Program-made: the position numbers and the translations under genes | Source: Salinivirgaceae bacterium | GTDB taxonomy: Bacteria; Bacteroidota; Bacteroidia; Bacteroidales; SZUA-534 | Length of the DNA stretch: 64,000 bases | Reading direction: 5' to 3' | NCBI GenBank assembly: GCA_024405635.1 | Contig: JAKSOL010000013.1 | Location: 1-64,000 of the forward strand | Part shown: positions 28,539 to 37,600 of the stretch, piece by piece | Layout: the number at the start of each line of letters is the position of its first letter | How positions within the stretch are numbered: the stretch's first letter is position 1 | The notes under the pieces: generated by a model | What the model was told of the DNA's origin: nothing | What the model saw: the letters and a program-made list of their open reading frames with translations, nothing else | The model's database searches: none

Positions 28539-29843
28539 ATGGTAATGACAAACAAAACAGTTGCATTTTCAACATTAGGTTGCAAACTGAATTTTTCCGA
28601 ATCGTCGTGGCTATCGCAGCAATTTGAAAATGCTGGATACGAACGTGTTGCTGGCAATTGTCCAGCCGATGTTCATGTGGTTAACACTTGTACAGTTACC
28701 GAGTTGGCAAATAAAAAAAGCCGCCAAGCCATTAAAAAAATCATAAACGCAAAACCCGATACCATTGTGGTTGCTGTAGGTTGCTACACTCAGTTAAATC
28801 CACAAGAAGTGGCAAACATTGAAGGTGTTGACATTATTCTAGGATCAAATAACAAAATGAATTTGGTAAGCATGATTAGTTCGCTTACCAAGCATCCTGA
28901 AAAACCTATTGTGCTTGTTGACAACGAAAGTTCGGTTTTTGAACCTGTCTATTCTTTTGGTGACCGCACACGTAGTTTCTTCAAAGTACAAGATGGTTGC
29001 AACTATTTTTGCTCATACTGCGCCATTCCACATGCTCGCGGACGTAGCCGCAGCAATACACTTGAGCGCACACTTGATGTGGCTCGCGAAATTGCATCAA
29101 AAGGAGTTAAGGAAATTGTGCTAACTGGAGTAAACATTGGCGAATTTGGGAAAACTTACAATCAAACTTTGTTTGACTTGATACGCGGCATTGAATCCAT
29201 TGACGGCATTGAAAGGCTTAGAATATCATCAATTGAACCAAACTTGCTTACCGATGAAATAATAGAGTATGTGGTTAATAGCAAAGTTGTTATGCCCCAC
29301 TTTCACATCCCATTACAATGTGGAACTGACGAACTGCTACAAAGCATGCACCGTCGTTACTCAACAAGTTTTTATGCCCAACGCATCGAAAAAATAAAAC
29401 AACTTATGCCCGATGCATGCATAGCTGCCGATGTTATTGTTGGTGTGCCTGGAGAAACCGAAGAGTTATTTAACCAATCGTGCAATTTTGTTAGTAACCT
29501 TCCTTTGTCGTACTTGCATGTATTCCCCTATTCAGAACGTGCCAATACGTTGGCTGCTCGCATGCCAAACCAAGTTCCAGTAGCTGAACGCCACCAACGT
29601 AGCCAACACATGATTGCGCTTGGCGAACAACTAAGCAAAAAATTCATTACCAGCCAGTTAGGTAAAAAAAGAGCTGTGTTATTTGAATCAAAACCTTTTG
29701 ACGAATACATGTATGGTTTTACCGACAACTACATAAAAATTCGCACTACTGCTAATAGCAGCTACATTAATCAAATAAAACAAGTTGAAATAATTGAACA
29801 AATAGATTCAAACGAGGCTTTTGGCAAAATAATAGAGCCATAA
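28539..29843 (+). CDS. mtaB: tRNA t6A37 methylthiotransferase
   Basis: TLGCKLNFSES, NTCTVT, GCYTQL, KVQDGCNYFCSYC radical SAM motif. Confidence 0.9.
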   Translation: MVMTNKTVAFSTLGCKLNFSESSWLSQQFENAGYERVAGNCPADVHVVNTCTVTELANKKSRQAIKKIINAKPDTIVVAVGCYTQLNPQEVANIEGVDIILGSNNKMNLVSMISSLTKHPEKPIVLVDNESSVFEPVYSFGDRTRSFFKVQDGCNYFCSYCAIPHARGRSRSNTLERTLDVAREIASKGVKEIVLTGVNIGEFGKTYNQTLFDLIRGIESIDGIERLRISSIEPNLLTDEIIEYVVNSKVVMPHFHIPLQCGTDELLQSMHRRYSTSFYAQRIEKIKQLMPDACIAADVIVGVPGETEELFNQSCNFVSNLPLSYLHVFPYSERANTLAARMPNQVPVAERHQRSQHMIALGEQLSKKFITSQLGKKRAVLFESKPFDEYMYGFTDNYIKIRTTANSSYINQIKQVEIIEQIDSNEAFGKIIEP

Positions 29844-29895
29844 GAATCTCCAACTATTATACTTGTACTATCTTTCGCAAAAAAAAATACTACAA

Positions 29896-31260
29896 ATGAA
29901 AAGGCTAACATTTTTGAGCATCGCATTACTTGCCAGCATTAACGTATTTGCACAACTTGAAGCTGCTTTTGATTATGCAGTTTTTCAAATGCCAGACCAC
30001 CGCACATACATTGAAACATACATTCAGATTGGAGGCGAAAGCGTGGTTTATATGCCCAAAGACGTAAATCTAGAATCGAAAATTGATGTTACAATGGTGT
30101 TGAAAAACGCCGATAAAATGGTTGAATTTCGCCACTTTACAATAAGTAATCCCCCTTTGCCCGACACAACCATTGTGTTCAATGACTTTTCAGACCTACA
30201 ACGAATTTTTATACCTCAAGGCGTTTACAATTTTGAACTCAAAATGCGCGATATAAATGCGCCAAAAGATAAAGCTCAAACAATTGAATGCCACGAAATT
30301 ATAACCGTTGATATACCTGACAAATCCGCATCATTTAGTGGTATTGAATTTATTGACGAAATGACGCCAACCATACAAAAAGACATTTTCACCAAAACCG
30401 GATTTGATTGCAAGCCATACAGCAAAAACTCATTCAACCCCGAAACTGAAACTCTACGTTTCTACACCGAAATATACAACGTTGCCGATGCATTGAACAA
30501 TACTGGCGACTGCCAACTTACCATTGCAATTAACGAAGTAGCTACCAAGAAAACAATAATGTTCCAAAAATCGAAGTTAAATGCTCTTAACTACTATCAA
30601 CTAATTAAGGAAATTGACATAAAAAACTTGCCACAAGGCGACTACTTTATTGAATTGAAAGTGCTTAATAGCAAAAACGTTGAATACGCATCGGCTCAAA
30701 AATACTTTCACCGAAATGGTGTTGCAGCAACCATACAACCATTGGCAGCAAACAGCAACGAACTACAAGCTGCAATGCACTACAATTCAGCCGATTCGCT
30801 ATACACTATTTTGCAAATGCACTTATCAATTGCCGACTCGGCCGAAAATAAAGCCATTACACGTGCATCAAAAAACGACCTTTCGTCGATGCGACAACTG
30901 CTTTACACTTTTTGGGTTCGCCGCGATGCAAACAACCCAAACATCGCATTTAGCAACTTTGAAAAATGCCTAAAAATGGCCCAACAAAACAACTACACCA
31001 ACGAACAATTACGAACAATTGCTCGTTACGGTATTCCTAACAACATTGACAAGATTAACGAAGGCGTTGAACAACCTTTTGAGATTTGGCACTACTATAA
31101 AATTGCCAATTTAACTAACGTGAAATTCATTTTTGTTGGCAACAAAAACGCTAAAATGATTTACAACAACATACCTTGCGAAACAACCCCAAATGTCGAT
31201 TGGAAAAAACAACTACTTAAAGGCGCAAAAGAACCCGAAGGTTTATTCAATGGTCTGTAA
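29896..31260 (+). CDS. Exported GWxTD-domain-like protein (degenerate)
   Basis: Signal peptide; FWVRRD, YGIPN and PFEIWHYY present, but the GWxTDRG motif is not recognisable. Confidence 0.55.
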   Translation: MKRLTFLSIALLASINVFAQLEAAFDYAVFQMPDHRTYIETYIQIGGESVVYMPKDVNLESKIDVTMVLKNADKMVEFRHFTISNPPLPDTTIVFNDFSDLQRIFIPQGVYNFELKMRDINAPKDKAQTIECHEIITVDIPDKSASFSGIEFIDEMTPTIQKDIFTKTGFDCKPYSKNSFNPETETLRFYTEIYNVADALNNTGDCQLTIAINEVATKKTIMFQKSKLNALNYYQLIKEIDIKNLPQGDYFIELKVLNSKNVEYASAQKYFHRNGVAATIQPLAANSNELQAAMHYNSADSLYTILQMHLSIADSAENKAITRASKNDLSSMRQLLYTFWVRRDANNPNIAFSNFEKCLKMAQQNNYTNEQLRTIARYGIPNNIDKINEGVEQPFEIWHYYKIANLTNVKFIFVGNKNAKMIYNNIPCETTPNVDWKKQLLKGAKEPEGLFNGL

Positions 31261-32169
31261 ATGAAAATCTTTAGCAAAATTGGATACGCCATAACATTGG
31301 CATTTTTTGGTTTAATTTGGATTCTTCCTCGTCCAATAAAACAACTACTCGCCTTTGTTATTTATATACTTGTTGGTCACGTAATTCGATACCGACGCAA
31401 AGTTGCACTAACCAATTTGCGCAACTCATTCCCCGAAAAGAGTAAAAAAGAATTGCGTCGCATTGTAAACCAATACTACTTACACTTATCGTATTTGGTG
31501 ATTGAAATAATCGATTTAAGGTTGTCGCCAATAAAGTGGATTCAAAATTCATGCAAGGTTGAAAACACCGACGAAGTTATACGACTTCGTACCGAAAAAC
31601 GCAATTTATACATTGTGCTTGGGCACTTTGGCAATTGGGAATTTGGAAATGCCCTATTACAATTGTTTAATTACAAATCGGTAGCCATTTACAAGAAAAT
31701 TGAAAACCAAGTTTTTGACCAACTGATGTTTGATATGCGCAGCCGTCTTGGTTCTGAGCCCATTGAGATGCACAGCGCAGTGCGCCAATTAGTAAAAATG
31801 GTGCAAGAAGAACCATTTGCTGTTTTAAGTGTTGCCGACCAATCGCCACTTTATAGCGAAACGCAACTTTGGATTGACTTTTTAAACCAAGACACAAACG
31901 TATTTATTGGCCCCGAACGCCTTTCGAAAAAGTTTGATATGGCAGTTGTGTACGTTGAAATTCGCCGAATAGGGTTCCACAAATTCAACGTTTGTGTAAA
32001 AACCATAACCGACAAACCAAAAGAAACTGCTGAATACGAAATAATTACAGCATATTACAAGTTACTTGAAGAGTCAATTCGCAAATACCCAAGCAACTGG
32101 ATGTGGACTCATCGTCGATGGAAACGCCGCCGCGAGAAAGCGCCAGCCAACCACCAAAATCATTTATAG
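31261..32169 (+). CDS. Lipid A late acyltransferase (LpxL/HtrB family)
   Basis: NLRNSFPE, GHFGNWE, ADQ, WMWTHRRWK. Confidence 0.85.
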   Translation: MKIFSKIGYAITLAFFGLIWILPRPIKQLLAFVIYILVGHVIRYRRKVALTNLRNSFPEKSKKELRRIVNQYYLHLSYLVIEIIDLRLSPIKWIQNSCKVENTDEVIRLRTEKRNLYIVLGHFGNWEFGNALLQLFNYKSVAIYKKIENQVFDQLMFDMRSRLGSEPIEMHSAVRQLVKMVQEEPFAVLSVADQSPLYSETQLWIDFLNQDTNVFIGPERLSKKFDMAVVYVEIRRIGFHKFNVCVKTITDKPKETAEYEIITAYYKLLEESIRKYPSNWMWTHRRWKRRREKAPANHQNHL

Positions 32170-32170
32170 G

Positions 32171-32650
32171 CTAAAAACCTAAATTGCTGCACATTTCCTC
32201 AATCTCAGCCCAATTGTGACTGCTGTTGAATCTATCAATATCAACACAATTAGCGTTTTCAATAAGCAACTGATGAACGCTCAAACGTTTAATACGTTTT
32301 TTCATCATTGCGCTTGGATGATCCTCATCGGCAACCATTGACGCATAAAAAATTGTCATTAGCATATCGAACTCCATTTGGTGTTTTGGATATTGCAACG
32401 ACTCCATGTAAATATAACGTAACACATCCTCGTCAATTCGAGTTGACAAACGATCGTAAATAGTAACAAAGGTGTCGTAAAGTCGTTGACCTCCAAAAAT
32501 ATCGCGCAATTTTACAAGTTTAGCAAAGCAATGCTCGGGCGATGCAAAAAAGCCATCGCGGTTAGGGCGCTTTAGGTAAACGTGTTTAATGTGATCTATT
32601 TGCTCGTAGTACAATTGACCGCAATCGGGAAAAGTATGTATTAAATTCAT
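32171..32650 (-). CDS. Hypothetical protein (159 aa)
   Basis: Non-overlapping ORF filling the gap; C-terminal YASMVADE...KKRIKRLSVHQLL...W...GF pattern. Confidence 0.7.
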   Translation of the reverse strand: MNLIHTFPDCGQLYYEQIDHIKHVYLKRPNRDGFFASPEHCFAKLVKLRDIFGGQRLYDTFVTIYDRLSTRIDEDVLRYIYMESLQYPKHQMEFDMLMTIFYASMVADEDHPSAMMKKRIKRLSVHQLLIENANCVDIDRFNSSHNWAEIEEMCSNLGF

Positions 32651-32772
32651 AGTAAGTGTGTTACAAATCTATTGGCTCGCAACTTGGCGATGCCGTGCAA
32701 TTTAGCGATTTTACAAAGTGTGCAAACTAATATTTGTGCAAAATGTTGGACACACATCAAATAACTTATAAC

Positions 32773-32806
32773 AAAAAGGTCCCTAAACATACAGTTAGGG
32801 ACCTTT
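32773..32806 (-). terminator. Intrinsic terminator of argS
   Basis: AAAAAGGTCCCTAA...TTAGGGACCTTT. Confidence 0.8.
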
Positions 32807-32831
32807 ATGATATGTTTATTATAAACAAAAC

Positions 32832-34652
32832 TTACATTCTCTCAGGAACTTCAATTCCAAGCAAAGCGCAACCTGTTTTAATTACATGTGCAACTAACTT
32901 GCTCAAGTTCAAACGGAATAGTTTTGCATCGGCATTCTCTTCTTTCAAAATTGAGCAATCGTGATAGAATTGATTGAATTCTTTTGCCAATTCGTAAATA
33001 TAGTTTGCAATAACAGCAGGACTGAAGTTTGCTCCAGCATCAGCCACAGTTTCGGGGAATGCTGAAAGGTCCTTAACAAGTTGAAGTTCTTTTTCGTTAA
33101 AGTCGCTGTATTTCAGTTCGTTATTCAAGATAATGCCTTGCTCGTCGGCTTTGCGCAAAACTGAACAAATGCGAGCGTAGGTGTATTGAATAAACGAACC
33201 TGTGTTTCCGTTAAAGTCAATTGACTCTTTTGGGTTAAACAACATTGTCTTTTTTGGATCGACTTTAAGAATGAAATACTTAAGTGCACCCAAGCCAATC
33301 ATACGATAAACTTGCTCGGTGTATTCTTTATCAAAGTCTTGTAGTTTGCCAAGTTCTTCCGATGTTTCGCGGGCTGTTTGAATCATTTCAGCAATCAAAT
33401 CGTCGGCATCAACAACAGTACCTTCGCGCGATTTCATTTTTCCCTCTGGCAACTCAACCATACCATACGAAAGGTGAGTAATGCTGTCGCCCCACTCAAA
33501 GCCTAATTTTTTTAACACAAGTTTAAGCACCTGGAAGTGATAATTCTGCTCATTACCAACAACATACAACAACTCGTTGAATTTAAATTGCTCAAAACGT
33601 TGATGTGCAGTACCAAGGTCTTGGGTCATATAAACCGAAGTGCCATCGCCACGAAGTAGCAATTTTTGGTCAAGTCCGTCGGCTGTAAGGTCAATCCAAA
33701 TTGAGCCGTCTTCCTTTTGGAACAAGACACCATCTTGCAAGCCTTTCATAACAATTGACTTACCAAGCATATAGGTTTGCGATTCGTAGTAAACCTTATC
33801 AAAATCGACGCCAAGAGCTTTGTAAGTAACATCAAAACCTTCGTAAACCCAACCGTTCATGGTTTCCCAAAGGTTGCGAACTTCAGCATCGCCGGCCTCC
33901 CATTTACGTAGCATTTCGCGAGCCTCAGCCATAAGTGGCGATTGTGCTTCGGCTGCTGCTTTGGCTTGTTTTTGTTCTTCTTCTAATAAAGTATCGTAAT
34001 TAGCTGGAAGTAAAGATTTTACTTCGGCTTTAAAATGTTTATCAAATTCAACATAGTAGTCACCAACCAAGTGGTCGCCTTTAATGTTAGCACTTTGAGG
34101 TGTAGCACCGTTACCCCATTTTTTCCAAGCTAACATCGATTTGCAAATGTGGATACCACGGTCGTTAACAAGGTTGGCTTTAATAACATTATGACCATTT
34201 GCTTTTAGAATTTGAGACACTGAATAACCGTAAAGGTTGTTACGAATGTGACCTAAATGCAAAGGTTTGTTTGTGTTTGGCGATGAATACTCAACCATAA
34301 ATGTTTTGCCAGATGAGCCAGCTGCTTTGCATCCAAAATTTTCGTCGGCAAGCATATCAATTGTATAGGTGCGCCAAAAATCAGCTGATAGTTGAAGGTT
34401 TAAGAATCCTTTAACAACATTAAATGCCGACACTTGAGGGCACGAGTTGCAAATAAACTCACCCAACTCGTTTGCTGTAGCCTCAGGACTTTTGCGTGCC
34501 ATTTTAACATACGGAAAAACAACTATGGTAAAATCGCCAGCAAACTCTTTTCGGGTTGCTTGAAGTGTTATGCTTTCTACCTCAACATCAACATTATACA
34601 ATGTTTTTACAGCCTTTACTGCGGCCTCTTTTACAATCTTCTGAATATCCAT
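32832..34652 (-). CDS. argS: Arginine--tRNA ligase
   Basis: VEYSSPNTNKPLHLGH, KMKSREG, YIQYTYARI-like, VPERM; ATG 34652 downstream of TATATTTG (34677-34684). Confidence 0.95.
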   Translation of the reverse strand: MDIQKIVKEAAVKAVKTLYNVDVEVESITLQATRKEFAGDFTIVVFPYVKMARKSPEATANELGEFICNSCPQVSAFNVVKGFLNLQLSADFWRTYTIDMLADENFGCKAAGSSGKTFMVEYSSPNTNKPLHLGHIRNNLYGYSVSQILKANGHNVIKANLVNDRGIHICKSMLAWKKWGNGATPQSANIKGDHLVGDYYVEFDKHFKAEVKSLLPANYDTLLEEEQKQAKAAAEAQSPLMAEAREMLRKWEAGDAEVRNLWETMNGWVYEGFDVTYKALGVDFDKVYYESQTYMLGKSIVMKGLQDGVLFQKEDGSIWIDLTADGLDQKLLLRGDGTSVYMTQDLGTAHQRFEQFKFNELLYVVGNEQNYHFQVLKLVLKKLGFEWGDSITHLSYGMVELPEGKMKSREGTVVDADDLIAEMIQTARETSEELGKLQDFDKEYTEQVYRMIGLGALKYFILKVDPKKTMLFNPKESIDFNGNTGSFIQYTYARICSVLRKADEQGIILNNELKYSDFNEKELQLVKDLSAFPETVADAGANFSPAVIANYIYELAKEFNQFYHDCSILKEENADAKLFRLNLSKLVAHVIKTGCALLGIEVPERM

Positions 34653-34694
34653 TTCGCTTTTTATTATTTGAAGGCGCAAATATAGCAGTTGCGC

Positions 34695-37600
34695 TTATTG
34701 CTTAATAATTATTATTTGCTCTGTTTTGGTCCATTTTAGCGTACTAATACGCAGTATGTATATGCCACTTGGTAAGTTTAGTTCAACTTTTGACTCTCGC
34801 TCAAGTAATTCATACTCAGCCTCTTTCAATCCACATGTATTGTAAACCGAAAGATGTGCTGAATTTGAAGATTCTAATTCGATGTTAAAAATTCCGTTGC
34901 TTGGATTGGGCCACAATTTAAAGCTACTAAATTGCTGATTGTCAACACCAAGCAGTTTAATCATTGCTATTTGTATATTTTTACTCTCGTCAAGTTCAAC
35001 TAGCACTGTATCGTTTTTAAAACCGCTGTTGCTTATAACAAATGTGCAAGTTCCGCCTTTTGGCAAAGTAACAATGGCAACACCTGTTTCGTTTGTCAGC
35101 ACTTCGTTCCCATCAAACAAAAGGCTTGCTCCAACCATTGGCACTTGCTCGCTTGTTACATAAAATTTCAATCTAACTTTTTGTTCTTCAATAGAAGTAT
35201 CTTGCTGATGCAAATAAACATTAACAGTTTGATTTTCAGAAATTAATGCAACAGTATCATAAAGCGACATGCCTCCATAATGGACTTCAAAAGGCAAAGC
35301 ATCGGTTGATATTAATCCTGTAAATGTTGTGGCCCCTAACTTGTTTGTCATTTGATTTTGCCCATACACCGTAACAATTGCACTAGATAACAATGCGCTA
35401 TCTTGCGTATGAACATAGAAAACCACATTGCATTGCTTTTTCAATAGTTTTATCTTGATGTTTGAATCATAATCAACTACTACACTGTCAGTTACCATAG
35501 CGCACCCCGATGCTAAAACTGAATATTTCAACTTATCTTGACGAACATTGCAAATAGTAACAACGCCTTGCGAATCGGAGAAATAAGATTGTCCATCAAC
35601 TTGAACTTCAGCATTTTGAATTGCATTATTACCGTCGGTGATATTAAATGTTACACAAAATGGACTTTGCAAAACCACATCTATTTGGCCATTTGATTGC
35701 GACACGCTAACTTTTTGATAATAAGTCTGAAAATCATGATGTTCAATTTTCAAATCATAGTATTCGAACATTGCACCATAAACAGTTGCCTCACCATTGG
35801 CATCAGTTATAGTTTGTTGCAGATTATCAAACAAAACCGATGCTCCAACAACAGCATTAACGCCATCGGTTACACGCAATTTAATGCTTGAACTTTTATC
35901 AAGATTCACAATAAATGCAGTATCGGCAGTTGTAATCACTTTATCGGCATAAGGGACACAACCTGTAGAACGAATTTCGAGTTGGGTTTCGCCATAGTAA
36001 CGACCTGTAAATGTTACAGTTCCGTTTACCGTTTGCAAAGTTTGATTGCCAAATGTCACAGTGGCATTATTAACAAACTGTTCGCCATTGATAACATTTA
36101 TGGTCACGTTCCACATATCGCCAAGTTGCATATTTACAACAAGTTGCGTGGTATCGTCAATTGCAAGAACTTCGCCCTCTTCTATTTTATAATTCTGCGC
36201 CTGTACTTTATACCGATGCAATGCTCCAACTCCATAAATGGGAACCATAACTTGACCAAATGAGTTTGTTTCGCACACAATATCGGCCACCGAAACCAAA
36301 GCACCAGGAATTGTTTTATTGTTAGGATCTTTTACCGTAACGCTCAACCAATTAGGTCGAACCACATTAAAGCGCGTGTTTGGTCTTATTTTTTTTCTAT
36401 CGTAATAATCAGGAGGAGCAAGGCTATCGGAATAGCCATAACTAACTGAATAAAAGCTAGTTGAATGGCATTTAACTACAGTTCGAAATGTATTGTTAAC
36501 ATATAAATCGTTATCGCCCCAAACAATTTCAGCTAACAAATTATCGGTTCCGTTGTATAAAAAACCTCTATCAAAATCAATTATCTCCCACCCAGTTTGC
36601 GACGATAGCATATAACCATCAACATCAACAACTGGCTCACAATCAGACATATCGACAAATTCGCCCAACGAATTCAAACTTGTATGCTTTAGCCTAATAA
36701 CAAAGTTTGCCAAAGGAACTTGCAAATTTTCAGGTGTTGCTTTGTAAATATCAAAAGCCAAATTTCTGATTTGCAATGGTTTGCCACCTAAATCAGCTGC
36801 GGTGTACAAAATTTGAGTTTTGTTGTTTTCGTACACATTATTAAATGGATAATCTGAAGCAACTTTCGTTCCTGCACCAACAGTAACATACTCCTCCTCG
36901 CCAACACTAACAACGTAAGATGCCGAATGGCTAGTAAGATTGCGTTTATCGACAACAGAAGCCGATATCGCAACCATTGCAACTGGCGCAGTTATACGTT
37001 GCGACGAAATTGCAAAAGCAACGTCTACCTCGCTATTCGGTTCAATATTGGGCAAAACAATCTGCTGTTTAAGCAAATTTACAAAGTCAGATTCCCCTTC
37101 AAGTGCTAAATCAACAATTGGCGTTTCGGCTGTAAAATGGCCTTCGTTTATAACTTTTACAACAAGATTTACGGTTTCGCCATAATCCCACAAATGGTTG
37201 CCATTTGCTTTTGAATCATCAACTTTTATTGTCGATAACAACTTGATTTTAGGCACTTTAACCGTAACATTGGTTTCGTATTCAAATGTATATTCGCCCG
37301 AATTGATAGTTATTTTAAAAGGAATGATAGTTAAATCGGGGACACTATTATTTAAAGTAAAATAGCACTTTTGGGTGGTTGTACTCAACTGATTTTCAAG
37401 GTCTTGAATTGGAATATTGGTGTTATTTTCTTTCAGAGTAACAAAATTGCTTGTAGTAGTAATACTAACAGTAGCATTGCTCGATGCCACTTTTCCTAAA
37501 TTGGCTATTTTCAATTCAATAGCAAATTGTTCTCCACTCTCAACAACTCCATTTGAGTTTTGGTCAGAAATGTTAGTTTCATTAATCACCAAGAAAGGCT

